Shown: positions 27,054-41,934, counted from the first letter of the stretch. The stretch: 64,000 bases of DNA from Chrysomallon squamiferum (GCA_012295275.1 CM022668.1:7502001-7566000); one strand, 5' to 3'. The notes: generated from the sequence alone by a model not told the origin. Translations and numbers: made by a program.

Positions 27054-27128
27054 GAGATAGCTGACCATTTCGGGACGTCGACGAAGCCACTGTGCTGTCA
27101 TCTTTGGCCTTTTCTGGTGGATTGGCAA
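27054..27128 (-). CDS. PDE1: PDE1 upstream coding exon, 75 nt (or 63 nt with the alternative donor at 27066), phase 1-1: (x)ANPPEKAKDDSTVASSTSRNG[QLS]
   Basis: Acceptor gttttctttgttgttgttgtag. Two in-frame donors: ATG|gtcagc (27066) and CTC|gtaagt (27054). GC-rich, open in phase 1 and compatible with the 19708 exon. Confidence 0.8.
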
Positions 27129-27181
27129 CTACAACAACAACAAAGAAAACAAAAATCAGTTAATTTAAATAATGCACACAA

Positions 27182-27416
<235 letters not shown>

Positions 27417-28481
27417 CATTTGTAACATCATATTCATATCATTGCTTTCATCCAACATTTATAAATTTCACAATATAATTTCCAGTTATTGTTATTATTG
27501 TTGTTATAGTTATTATTATTATTAATTAATTATTGTCATCATCATGATTATTATTGTTGTTTTTACAATTATCATTATTCTCATTATTATTATTATTATT
27601 AACAATGTATTGTTGTTGCATTTATTATTATTATGTTTATTTCCAATAAATTACAGTTGTTATTGTTATTTTTTAATCATCATAAATATCATCATATCCA
27701 GTGTTAACATAACATCATCATCATACTCACCACAACATCACCATTGTTATTAACATTACTAACATTGTCATTATCATCATAACGACAACAACAACCACAA
27801 AGAATACTATTTAACAAAATATTTGTAACAGAATTTATTTTTTATTATTAACAAATTGTTGTTGCATTTATTTTTAAATGTTTAAATAAATAAAAATCAT
27901 TCATCACCAGTGAGAATATTTACTCCACCATTGTTATTCATTAAAATTTTTAATCATTGACAACAAAAATCAAACTATTTAACATCCAGAAATTTTTTAT
28001 TTTTTTAAAAACAATGAGAATATTTATCCAGATGTTATTCATAAAAATGTTTGTGTGTGTAGCATGAAATTTTATGTTTGTGACAGATGTTCTGTGTGTG
28101 TGTGTGTGTGTGTAAAAGGTGTGAATATGCTATAACATCACTGTATAAACAAAAATGGATAAATAAATAAATAAATAAATAATCAAACAAGTAAAACTTA
28201 AATAATTAAAAAATAAATAAAACTAAATAAAATAAAATAGATATATAAATAAATGAATAAATAATTAAATAAATATATAACTAACTAACTAAATAAATAA
28301 ATAAATAAAAATAAAAATAAATAAATAAATAAATAAAACAAGATAAATAATAAATAAATAAATAAATAAATAATACAGTTCATTCACAGATATTAATAAC
28401 AAATATTTCATCAGATTCAGTTATAAATAAAATCAGTTTCAAAATCCATTAATCAAAAATTTATATCTCTCCCTCTCCTAC

Positions 28482-28515
28482 CTTTCTTAGAATGTTTTCC
28501 TACTTTTTGTCCCAT
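28482..28515 (-). CDS. Candidate alternative start exon (coding part): MGQKVGKHSKK, phase 1, would join the 27128 exon
   Basis: aatATGG start context, donor AAG|gtagga, phase-compatible. MG plus basic residues resembles a membrane-targeting N-terminus. Confidence 0.45.
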
Positions 28516-28732
28516 ATTTTTATTATTTATTTTAACTCCATAACAGTGATAACATCCTCACAACAGCAGCATCATCACTGCTATCAACACAACAAAACAT
28601 CGTTTGCATGTTACAGTTAAACAGTTTTTTCTCTCCCTCTGTTTATGATCGTAATCAAGCCTGCTTGGGTTGAGATTCAGCAACCGTTTGAACACATTAA
28701 TACATACATCCGCTTTTGTAGATAATTGAAAA

Positions 28733-28791
<59 letters not shown>

Positions 28792-30052
28792 TATACAAGT
28801 GTGACTTAATTTTAGTAATTTAAAAAAAATATATATCACTGCATACTGACATGTCATTAACACATGTTTGGAAATTTGTTTTAAATTTTCATCTTTCTTA
28901 TTTTACATGTGTTGTTTATTGATTTTGTTCATATATTGTATGTATAAGTTAGTGATGTGTGTGTGTGTGTGAGAGAGTGCATGTGTTTGTGTATATGTTT
29001 TTGTTTGCATGGATGTGTATATTTGTGAGTGTATGGGTGTGTATGTATATTTATATGTATATATGTGTGTCTGTATGTTTATGTGTCTGTTTGTATATCT
29101 GTGTGCATGTGTACTTGAGTTTATCTGTCTGTCTGTTTGTCTGTTTATGATGTATGAATCTGTGTGCAAGTTAGATAACTGCTCAGGAAAAATAACACAC
29201 ATACTAAACAAAAAATAAATTAAATTTGCTTCATTAACTTTAACCTCATCTATTTTCACCACTAATTCCACTTTACCATCAAAGAGAAAATTATTTTTAT
29301 TTTCAAGAGAAAATCGATGCGTTACTTTGTTAAAACATTTCAAATGGAAAAGCTTTAGAGACCGACATATCTGCACTAAAGACTGTTTTCCATTCATTCA
29401 GACAGAGATGTTACATGTAAATTACTTCAGTTCATTAAATGAGACACACACATGCAATGCCAAATAGATCAAAGAGTTTGTGATGGATGTGTAATGGTTT
29501 GATGTTGGTGAGAAAAAAAGAGAGAGAAAAAGATAAATAAATAAATAATAAAAAATGTAAAGTGTAATAAAATAAAATAAAATAAAATAACATAAAATAA
29601 ATAAATAAAAAAACACATACACACATACATACATACATATATACAGAAATAAATTAATAATAATGAAATATAAAGATAATAATAAACAGAAGATGGATGG
29701 ATGGATGGATGGATAAATAGATATACTGCTACTGCTACTACTACTGATAATAATAATAAATAAATGAATAAATAAAATAAAACAAAATAAAATATAATAA
29801 AATAAATAAAATAAAAATTAAATAAATAAATAATAAAATAAATATATAAACAAACAAACAGTAATAAATAAATAAATAAATAAATAAATAAAAAATAAAA
29901 TAAAAAAAAAAAAAAATAAAAAATAAACAAACAAACAAATAAATAAACCAATAAAAAAAAAAAACATAAAAAACAAAAAAAAAAAAAAAAAAAAAAAAAT
30001 CAAATACACAGCCTTGATCCCCCACCCTCAGCACGCCACAAAGAACACATAC

Positions 30053-30065
30053 GAGTGAGCATCAT
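30053..30065 (-). CDS. Candidate alternative start exon (coding part): MMLT, phase 1
   Basis: gcctccATGATG context and donor CTC|gtatgt, inside a GC-richer unique island (30010-30230) that has acceptor-like sites at about 30098 and 30229. Confidence 0.45.
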
Positions 30066-30514
30066 GGAGGCAGAGTCTTATTAAGAGCACTAGAAGCCTG
30101 TAGGGATTCAAATTAATTTGAGCAAGGAGCAGTTGTTAACCACATGGTCAGACAACATCAGCAGGGGCTGGACAGAACATTGTGTTCTGAGACTGTCCAA
30201 TTAAAACTGCACCATAAAGCACAACAGTCTGATGAGAGAAATAAAAGACAGAAAAAAAGGATGAAAGAAAAAGAAGAAGAAGAAGGAGGAAAAGAAGAGC
30301 TGGAATGTAGGCAGAGATAAGGGAAGAGAGAGAAAGTTGAGATGGAAAGAGAGATAAAATGAAAGATGGGGAGAAATTAAGAGTGAAAAAGAGAAAGGGA
30401 AGGAGAAAGAAAGAAATAAAAAGAGATAAAAAGACATAGATGGATTGATAGAACATGAGTGAAAAACACACACACACATACAGACATAGTGAAAGACAGA
30501 GAGAGTGATAGTGG

Positions 30515-30549
<35 letters not shown>

Positions 30550-30669
30550 TTTTTATAAATATATATATAAGATATTATAATTTATATTATATTAGGACTA
30601 TTCTTATACATTAGAACTGATATGTACATTTTCACAAAGACAAAAAACATCATAAAAAGATTACTGGTT

Positions 30670-30750
30670 GGAATGGGGTATTATGCCTAGACAGCACTGA
30701 CAAGATTTGAACCTATCACCCTTCACACACATAACCACACAGCTATAGAC
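30670..30750 (-). mobile_element. Degenerate tRNA-derived SINE head
   Basis: The minus strand reads tagctgtgtggtta (A-box-like) followed by ggttcaaatct (B-box-like) with Pol III-type spacing. It cannot fold as an intact tRNA. Confidence 0.45.
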
Positions 30751-31224
30751 TTTTAAACAAATAAAAACATGGCCACTCAAAAATAAAATAAAAACATTAC
30801 ATGAAATAAAATTTAAATACTTTATAATGCTTTGATTTCACTTGTTGACATTATAAAAATGAGGGATAAACCTTGAAAAGACTTTGAAATGATTTCTGAA
30901 GGTTTTCATGTGACATTTCAAACTGACATTCTTCTGTGCCATGTCCATGAGGCATATGAAGAAAATGTCAGGTCTCAAGGTTTCTGCTCTCAGTTCTGAC
31001 CTCTGGATGACCTCCAGCAGTCACAGATTACCTTGTGTGATTTTCTCTCTATATATAGTGACTAAAATGGCTTGTCTCAGAATGCTGCAGTTGCATGTTT
31101 GGTATATCTCTTGATACTTACTCCTTGTATAAAAAAATAAACAATACTAACTTTTCTTTATGTTTATTTTTCTGGTTTATCAAAAACCCTGGAATGTGCT
31201 TTATCTTTTATGGGAAGGCATATA

Positions 31225-31620
31225 TATATAATATAATTGTGATAATTATAGTTATTTGTTGTTTTAATATAAAAACCTAAAAAAGATGAAATGTATTTGC
31301 CAAATCTATGGGTATATATATATATATAAGAACCTTACTGCTAATGAAATAAACAAAAAATCTGGATCATTAATTGTGATAATTATAGTTGTTATTGGTC
31401 GTTTTAATATGAAAATCTTAAAAGGTGAAATATATTTGCCAATCTATGGGTAGATATATATGAAAGAACCTTACTGCTAATGAAATAAGCAAAAATCTGG
31501 AACATTAATTGTGATAATTATAGTGTCACTGGTCATTTTAATATGAAAAAAGAAAATATGTGATATATATTCTCTATCTGTGGGTAGGTATATATATGAA
31601 AGAATCTTATGGCTAATCAT
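31225..31620. repeat. Three diverged tandem copies of a unit of about 138 bp
   Basis: taattgtgataattatagt...atctatgggta...agaaccttactgctaatgaaataa recurs at about 31233, 31371 and 31506. Confidence 0.85.
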
Positions 31621-32660
31621 ATAAACTACTAAAGATCGTCAATGTATCCTAAATCTCAGAAACATGAAACATCCTTTCCATTTTATAGGAAAGTGAATGT
31701 AAAAGAACCTTACCACTAAATGTATGTAAAATTAATGTATGCATGCATTAACGACTTTCACTGAATTTTTTTTAATAATGAAATTTAAAACTATATCATA
31801 ACATACTGAGTTTCATTTGTCATCATCTGCATATGAAACCACATAAACATAGATTTAAATAAAATAAAAAAACTGCTAAGGGTCTGATCAAATAAAACTT
31901 TCCTTTCTTCTTGTTTCCGAACCAACCGAACTGACTCGTCTGAAAGGGTCAGCTCTGAAGGCTTGATCCGGGAACCCGTGCACCCTCGGGCAGTCTGTCT
32001 CTGAACTGAGCCTGCACCTTGTTTCAAGGATGCGACAGAGACCTCTGCAGGTTGTCAGAGATTTTTTCGATTGTGTTTGTGAATGTCCAGGGACCACAGC
32101 ACGTTTGGAAAATCGTTATTGATTCGTTGAGATTAATAGACGAATATGATCCATTATTGAAATTTAGAGGGCACTTTAGTTTGCAATGGATCTGCCAGCC
32201 CTTCTCTCGTAGCAGGCTTCTCTGATAAAGCATTGTTGCACATGGTGGCCCTGGTTAGTAATAACTTTAATGTGTTCTCCACTGCAGCTGTGAAATTTAG
32301 TTTTATGATGCTTGTCACAAAGAAGTTAATGCTGCAGAAATAGATTTTGTAAGTCATTACAGAGGTGCGAACTCATCACATACCGTCCGTGTCTTTTGTT
32401 AAATGATTTCTAAATTTTGTTTCTTTTTAATTAAAATACACGTATACTTGCATGAAAACATGTATGCAAGAAAACACACACTCACAAACAAACGTACAAA
32501 CACACACATACACACACTATATTTCCTCATTCTTTCATTCTATTTTTCTTCCATATTCCTTCTTTCTTTCTTTCACTCTTCCATTCTCTGCATAATTTTC
32601 CTTCTCTTCCTCTTTTTTCTATCTCTCTCTCTCTCATTCTCTCTTTCTCTCCCTCTCCCT

Positions 32661-32692
<32 letters not shown>

Positions 32693-33431
32693 AAAATATA
32701 TTTCTTTCTCTTAATTTCTCTTTTTCTCTTTCTCAATGTCTTTTGTTCTATAAAATGAATAACCCAACATCCAAAAAATATATAAATAAATAAAAAGTAA
32801 AGAAAATTTATTTTAAAATTTTTATACCACTATCTTGTATCTCACCACTATTCATAAACAATAGGAGGTCTGCCATATTCTTCAGTCTCTTTTCATACTG
32901 TAAGAGGAATGCCACAACAGAGTACAGCTCATTTTCGTTCTACTTGAAGATTATACTTGCTTTCTCATAGGAGGTCTGCCACATTCAAACCAAAAAATCA
33001 GTTTTTAGATTCTAAGATGAATACTACAGTAGTACATGAAGATTATGGTTTCCATCTTATAGGAGGTCTGCAACTTGTGCTAAAAGATTTCATTTCCATA
33101 AAACTTCAAAAGGAATAAATCCATTTCTGCACAATAGCAAAATTCATTTCCATATGAAGACCTCTGTTTCTATTCATTCTCACAGGAGATTGACCACCGT
33201 TTGAATTGTTTTTAAAATAAACAGAATTTAAATATGAACAAAACAGGTTTTGTGTGACTGATCCTAGTAAAATTAATTATGTAAATGGGTGGGCATTAAC
33301 ACTGATTACTGTGGCCAGTTTTAATTAATCTTGGTAGCCATAAACAATATTTTCATTTCACGCAGTGTCTCTTTAATGATTTTGTATGAATTCATGAATG
33401 TTTACAGGAAATCAGTTTCATGTTACAGTTT

Positions 33432-33519
<88 letters not shown>

Positions 33520-34304
33520 ATAGAGAGAAACAGAGTGAGAATGAGACAAGACACATTAGAGACAGAGAGAAAGCAGAAAGAAAGAAAGAGAGAGTCTGAG
33601 AAAAAGAAGAAAAAAGAAAGTTGAGAATCAGATATTGGGAATTGGGAAATTTATATTAATGTAAAGAGAGCAGGACAAACAAAAATATGATATTCAGAAA
33701 AAGACAGTGATAGATAGAAAGAATGAGATATAGAAAATAAGAATGAAAGACAGAGAAAACTTACAGAAAACAAGAGAACAATTGAAAGAAACACCAAATG
33801 AAAAAAAACAAGAAATAACCTGCTGATTTAATTTTGACTAAAATTAATATTTGACAAAATCAGAGCAATTACTTCCTCGCAGACTACAAGCAATAAATAA
33901 CACTGGCAAAAAGCAGCTTGACAAACATGACATTTATTTATTTGCTAGGGGTCATGCCAACTAATAATAAAATATTAATCCTGCTGACCAGAAATTTGCA
34001 AAAACCAGAAGCAATAAAAAAATAATTGTCCATCATTTGTGCAAATCCAATATTTGTTAGGCTAACTGTCTAATGTCAGGTAGGCCTTTTTATCACCAGA
34101 ATCTCATCCACACTTTATTGCATCTTGAATAAGTGATGAAAATAAAGAAATGAAAAAAGAACTGAATACACAAATAAACAGAATTACCAGGATATGAAAA
34201 AGAGATTTTTATGCATTTCTTCTTTTTATGTTTGTGATTACTGTTATTGTTGCTTTTATTGTTGTTACTGTTACTGTTGGTGTTATTGTTGTTGCTGTTA
34301 TTAC

Positions 34305-34340
<36 letters not shown>

Positions 34341-35249
34341 CACCACCGTCATCAGTATTATAATTATTGTTATTATCACTATTATTATTATTGTTATCAT
34401 TGTTATTATTATTATTATTATTATTGTCATTATCATCATAATTATTATTATCACTATTATTATTATTATTCATATTCTTAATTTCTTTCTTTTTCTTCAT
34501 CATTTCTTTCTTTCTTTCTTTCTTTATTTCTCTAGCTTGCATTTGGATAGTTATATCTTTATCATTATTAATGATTGTTTTTCTTAATAAATGGTTTAAT
34601 TTTTTAATTTGTTTTTAACTTTATTAGTATTGTTATTTTGTTATTTAACTTCTTATTGTTCTAAAAGTGTATATATTTATATGTAAGAATACTTATTCAT
34701 GAATGAACATGTATCTGTCTATAAGCAAATCCATTTACTTATCAATGATGTACAACATAGTGAAAAATAAAATTAAGTAAAGAACCTATGATGACTTAGT
34801 GTTTTATTTATTCCATTAATTTCCGTTTTTTGGAGGGGTTTTTTTTTGCATTTTAATTTTAAATTTGCCAATCAGCAGGTTGGTTGATTTAGAACAGTGT
34901 ATGGATTTGTAATAAATAAACTTTTTTGTTTTTTATTTTATTCTAGTTTCTTCTCACAGTTGTAAATAAACTGCTGAATAATGACATTTTCTGTGAATTA
35001 GCACTTTCTGCTGCTGTTACTACTACTACTCCTACTTTAATGTCACTACTACTGCAACTACTACTACTATTATCACTACTGCTACTACTATTACTACTAC
35101 TACTACTACCGATACAACTACTACTGCTACTACTATGGCTAGTATTACTATTACTGCTCCTTCTGCTAGTGCTGTTGCTGTTATTACTATTACTACTGCT
35201 ACTAGCAGGTCTACTATTACAACTACCACAATTCTCATTTGTATTAATC

Positions 35250-35600
35250 CAAATATCTCACTTGAATTCATTCAAATATCTCACTTGTATTAATTCAAAT
35301 ATTCACTTGAATTCATTCAAACATCTCACTTGCATTAATTCAAATATTCACTTGAATTCATTCAAACATCTCACTTGTATTAATTCAAATATTCACTTGA
35401 ATTCATTCAAACATCTCACTTGTATTAATTCAAATATTCACTTGAATTCATTCAAACATCTCACTTGTATTAATTCAAATATTCACTTGAATTCATTCAA
35501 ACATCTCACTTGTATTAATTCAAATATTCACTTGAATTCATTCAAACATCTCACTTGTATTAATTCAAATATCTTGCTTGTTTCAATTCAGACATTTCTC
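35250..35600. repeat. 45-bp minisatellite (cacttgaattcattcaaacatctcacttgtattaattcaaatatt), about 7 near-identical copies; a dimer of 23- and 22-bp subunits
   Basis: Directly visible tandem array. Confidence 0.95.
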
Positions 35601-35851
35601 TTGTGTTAATTCGAATGTCTCACTTGAATTATCAGGGAGATGTCACACATACATTAAGACTAATGTACAGATGTTCACCATGCTTGACTACAAATGTCGA
35701 CTATTTATAATAATTGTGCTACAGCTGTGCTCCATAATGACAAACAGAGTAATAAAATTATCTTTATTGTACAGAGTCCCTGGCAATTTTCTAACTCACT
35801 GGACACAAACATATCAAGTAGCTATTCACAACCCATCTTCTCTGTATGTAG

Positions 35852-35888
<37 letters not shown>

Positions 35889-38739
35889 TATTTGTGTTTG
35901 GTGGGTATGTGTGTGTCTGTCTGTGTATGTGTGTGTGTGTGTGTGCCTCAGTGTATTTGTGTACAGTGGGTGCATGTCTATGTGTGTGTTTTTGTTTATA
36001 TGACGGATAAATAAATGGACAGACAAATTTACTGGCTGACTGACAGATGGATGGATGGCTTGAAATTAGACAGAGGGACAGAAGGATGACACATAGACAC
36101 AATGCATAAACACACCTAATGTACATAATACAAAACATCATTTTCTACTCACACATACACATACACACACACTCACACACTGACACACACACTGACACAC
36201 ACAATCACACACACAATCACATACACCATCACATACACAAACTATGATGAGCACTTAAAACAGAAGCAGCACAGTCAGCTCAGTTTTCTCTTTGCTGCCT
36301 GCAGCTGTGAAATTACTAAACACAAAACAGTTTCTCAAAACAGTCAGAGAAATCTTATAGATTGTCTTTCAATGTCGCTCCTAGCTTGTTTATGAAAATA
36401 CAACCTTCAGCACACAGATCAAAGCAAAACTACATGAGAGAAAAAAATAATAATAAAGAAAAAGAATTAATAACTAGAGGAGCAGAATCAAGATGTTGTC
36501 AAACAAATGAAAAAAAAATAATTTAAAAAATATTTCTTTTCATATTTTTTTCGTTTTCTATTTTTGACGTTTTTTCATCTAATTTTTCTTCTTTTTCCTT
36601 TTTTGAAATCTTTTTCTTATAAAGTGAATCCATTCTGTATTTCTGGTTGAAAATTAATATCTTTGCGAAAGAAGAATAAGAAGAAAAAAAAGGAAACAAA
36701 AGGAATTAAAAAAAGAAAAACAAGATTTAGAGAAGGGAAATAAATTACAAACACTCTGAAGATTAGACAAACCAAAGACTTCTAAATACTTCCTAATTGT
36801 TTCCTAGTCATTCATTTTTCTGATTTCTTTTCCTTTTTTTTTTTTCATTTGGCTTCTGAATTCATTTTTTTTCTTGTGACAGTCGATTTTAAAGTGAATG
36901 TCTAAATATAAACACAAAATAAAAGTACTATTGGCAGTCTTTTTTTTTTTTTTGTTATCCACAAGAAGTTGTTTATAATTGTTAAATGTTTTAACTGATT
37001 AATGTATTAGCCCATCAATCATTCCTGACACAAATACATTTTTCATTCATTCATTCATTTGTTCATTAATTCATTTTTCTATTCATTCATTCATTCATAT
37101 AGTCATCCCATCCATCGATTAATATTGTCTATCTCATTTCTGTTCACCCATTTATTTATCCACAGATACAGTTAATAAAAAATATTATTGTTCATTTTCT
37201 AAAAACCATTTTACATTTAAGTCTTTCTTCCTGTTTCATAATCTTTAACATTTCAACAATTTTTCTTAAATATAATCACTACCTTTATGAACAAAAAATA
37301 TTCTTACAACATTTAAAAGAATAATAAAGAAAATAAAATTAGAATTCTATTTTAGAAAAAGAAGAAGTAAAATCAACAGAAAAACAAAAACAATAAAATC
37401 AAATAACAGTCTTCAATGAACCTAACTGATTCACTGAAAGTAGAAGAAAATATATATTTTTTTTTGTGCCAATAATGCATCTTTAATAACCATGGATTTA
37501 AGTTCCCAGAGTGCATTTCACTGTCACTATGTCAACATGATTGGACAGTGTTTTTTTATTATTCAAGGTCACTTCTCAACAACACTTCATCTTGTTTGAG
37601 TTGACAGAGTTTTTCTCAACAGCATTACTCAACACTCAAACCAGATCTTCTCTCTTGTCATTTCATGCAGTGAACTAGTAAAGTGAACATTTTTTAAATA
37701 TTTTATTTTTATTTGTAAAATAGAGATAAATGGCAATAAAAAATGTAATAAATAAATAAATAATAAATAATAAATAATTAATAAATTATAAATAAATAAA
37801 TAAATTAAAAGAAAAGAAAAGAAAAAAAGAATTAAAATTGTCACTAAAGAATATTAATTTTAGATTTTAGATTTTCTTAACTATCTCTAATAAATGAATG
37901 AAAGAAATAAGCCAAAAATAAAAAATAAAAAAGAAAGAAAGAAACAAAGAAGCAAAGAAACAAACCAATAAAAATGGACTATTAAAATTTCATTACAGCA
38001 ATCATAAATGAAATGTGTATTTTGTTATTTGTAAAAGAGAGTGTTTTGTCAAAATTTTTTTAATAATAATAATAAAAAATTAACAATAATCAAAAAAGTT
38101 AATAATAATAATGATAAAATTAAAGAAAGATTGACATTAACAATAATCTAAAAAATTTTATAATAATAATAAAAAACTAACAATAATTAAAAAAATCTAA
38201 TAATAATAATGATAAAATTAAATAAAGTAAAATTAATTTTGACTCCAGTACATTCAATATCAAAAACCACTTTCACCATCGCCACCAACATTTTTATAAA
38301 CCTGCACTTTATTTTAAAAAAGACCTCAATTCTAAAAGTACACATCAAACACATCCCATTGTAGTAACCACAATCACATCATCATTACTGTCGTCAACAT
38401 CGACATAACCTACATCATGCAGCCCGCAATGGGGTTTCGTGGATATCACTTTAAAGGTTTCATTTTGTGAAATGGTCGACAGATGAAGCAAACAGGACGA
38501 TGATAAACAAAGACCATTAGCAACACGGAGTCCTGCTGCGTGCACGTCGCTGTGGCAATCCTCCACGACCACAGGGACCACGTCGATGATCCAATAACCG
38601 TTTACACCAGCAGCATCGCTGTCGCAGGGTCGTTTGTCACTGCAGCAATTACGTTCAGCACTACCGAGCTACCTTAATGCACTAAGTGGAGAGAGGATTA
38701 GCAGGGGATCAGTGCTAGAACAAAGGGGATATGGGCTTA

Positions 38740-39290
38740 GTGGGAAAGCAGATAAGCTTAGTGGAGATACATGCAAGTTTAATGTAGAGGGTATGTGTTT
38801 AGTGGGAAAGGATAAAGGTTTAATGGAGTTACATGTAAGTTTGATGTAGAGAATGTAAGCTTAGTTGAGATACATGTGAGTTTAATGTAGAGGATGTAAG
38901 CTTAGTTGAGATACATGTAAGTTTAATGTAGAGGATGCAAGCTTAGTTGAGATACATGTTTGTTTATTGTAGAGGATGCAAGCTTAGTTGAGATATATGT
39001 AAATTTAATGTAGAGGATGTAAGCTTAGCTAAGATATGTATAAGTGTAATGTAGAGGATATATGTATGTTTAATGTAGAGGATACAAGCTTAGTTGAGAT
39101 AAATGATAAGTTTAGAGAAGTGGATATAAGCTCTGTTGAAAATATGAAGGTTTAGTGGATATAAATTTAATAGGAAAGAATGTAAGTTTAATGATGATGT
39201 TTGTAAGGTTTATGAAGATGATTAGATAGAAAATATATAAGCTTGGTAGAGATATATATAAGTTTAATGTAGAGGATATATGTTTAGAGG
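38740..39290. repeat. 41-bp minisatellite (tttaatgtagaggatgtaagcttagttgagatacatgtaag), degenerate at both ends
   Basis: About 6 well-conserved copies at 38840-39110, with decaying copies on either side. Confidence 0.9.
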
Positions 39291-39398
39291 GAAACACAGT
39301 GAATTTGAAGTTAGAGAAATAGTTGTTAGTCAAAATTAATATATATTAAATGGAAACTGATATATACTTTTGGTAAATTGTTAAATACTTAATGGAAA

Positions 39399-39452
<54 letters not shown>

Positions 39453-39908
39453 CTTAGTGGATATTGATAAATTCTAAGCTGAAATTGATAAATACTAAAT
39501 GAAAATTGATAAATACATAGTAAAAATTGTTTTATATATATATACATATATATATATATTTAAATGCACACACACAATAATGGAAATTGATATATACTTA
39601 GTGTAAATTCATAAATACTTACTGAAAACTGACATATATCAAAAACAAATAAGTCTGACACTTAGTGACATGGCAAAGAGACTGAAACAAACGCAGACTT
39701 TGTGTCCTTGTTTTTTAAATGTCAACACCCAGTTAAAAAACATAAATAACACATTAGCAGATTGAAAAGATATTCCCTGTTTAAACATTAATGATAAAAA
39801 CCATAGATAGTGCTTTAAAATCATCACAGATGACAATATTCTTGCTTTAGAAGTTCAAAACAAAAATTCTAGACTGATGGAGTTCTGTGAAGATGTTAAG
39901 ATAATATG

Positions 39909-39922
39909 GTATCCATGGAAAC
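39909..39922. promoter_or_regulatory. RFX X-box GTATCCATGGAAAC
   Basis: Matches the 14-bp X-box consensus GTHNYYATRRNAAC. Confidence 0.5.
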
Positions 39923-40238
39923 GAGTCTCTGCCTACAGGCTAATAGACTGAGATAAAGGATTTAGAATGGAAACATAAGAAACATGATATACTTTTCTTA
40001 CTACTATTAATAAAACAGAATCTATTAACATACGGAATTTAGTAAATAAAGTATGAGGAAGAAACTCATCGTGTTATCAAATACACAGTGCAAACTGAAT
40101 TTTCTAAAAGCCCAGCATTAATGTATATATGTGTGTGTGTGTTTGACAGTTTTGTTTTTTAGACAGAGATAGGTAGATAGATAAAGAGAGAGAAAAACAG
40201 AGAATGAGACACAGAGAGGGTGAAAGAAAGAGAGATGG

Positions 40239-40297
<59 letters not shown>

Positions 40298-40401
40298 AAG
40301 AGATTATTATAATTACAGAATTTAGTATCAATTAAGAATTAATTTATTATGATAATTACAGAATGCATATGGCCTCTCCAACTCTCTCTCTCTCTCTTTG
40401 T

Positions 40402-40442
<41 letters not shown>

Positions 40443-41391
40443 GCACATCACGCAAACAAATTGACAAACCGATAGACAGATAAACAGATATTCATGCATT
40501 AACAGACACATATATAAAATATATAGATCATACATTATGCATATATCTATACATATGTACAAACACATACACACACACATACATACACACAAAACTAATA
40601 CACACACACAAAAACACACACAACATTAAACACTCTCACAAACACACACACACACACACACATACACACAGACACACACACACACACACATACATACACA
40701 GATACAGACACCCAATCATCATCAACATCCACCACATTTCCAACTTCTCTTTTTCACTCTTCTAACTTTTTACTTCAAAACTGCCATTTTATTAATTTTT
40801 TTTTTAAATAATTATTATCACTTTCTGCATCCGAAGATCAAAAACACCAACAAAACAATTAGCAAACTTAGCAGAATCCACAGATATAATAAGCCGTATT
40901 ATTTTAGTCTATTTACATTTTACTGGCCAGCAGTGTGAATTATGTGCTAAATTCAGAGTTATCGGCCAATCAGAAAATTGATTATATTTTCCCCCGATTC
41001 TGTAATGTTTAAATTATGGAGTTGGCAGAAAACTGGGAAGTAATTGCTTACAATTAGAATAAAAGTGTGAAATAACAAAAATTAGCTCAACAGAAGATAA
41101 AAAAAAAAGAGTAAACAAATGTATTTTTAAAATAAAAAGTGAAAAAAGTTTTATATATTGTTTATGGTAAACAGCTTTTTCTATGGAAAAAATAAATTAA
41201 AATGTTTGAGGTTTAGAAAAACATTTCTAGTGAATAATAAAAATAATAAAATTATAATTTGTTATAATGTAATTTAGTTAAAAGTAGTCCTTAAATAACA
41301 ATAATAATGATGATGATGATGTTAATGACAATATTGATAATAGATAATAATAATGATGTTAATGATGATTATAATGATAATAGTAGCTGCA

Positions 41392-41424
<33 letters not shown>

Positions 41425-41848
41425 TTCATACAGCTTCTAACAATGATGATGATGATATTGACAATAACAACCATATCAAAAGCTGTGTGTGTGTGTGTGT
41501 GTGACACAAATATATAAATATTTCTTGGTGAAAAATTCAAGTGAATTTGTGGTAAATTATTTCCCCTGGAAAACTCTTCTGTGTGAACTGGAATCTGACT
41601 TGCAGTCACAGCAGTCACAGTGCAGTCACAGTGCAGTAACAGCAGTCACAGTGCAGTCACAGTGCAGGGATTTCTTAGTGTGCTGTTCTCCATGTCAAAT
41701 CTAACTCCATTAAACCTGGAGCCAGCACTCAGCCATTGTTTCAGATCACTGAGGAATTGTGGGTAATCTGTTCATGTAATACACTTTTGAAAAGGAGTTT
41801 TACTCTGTGTTTTGAAAACCAGTATAGGATTTCCCTATATGGTAGTAA

Positions 41849-41934
<86 letters not shown>

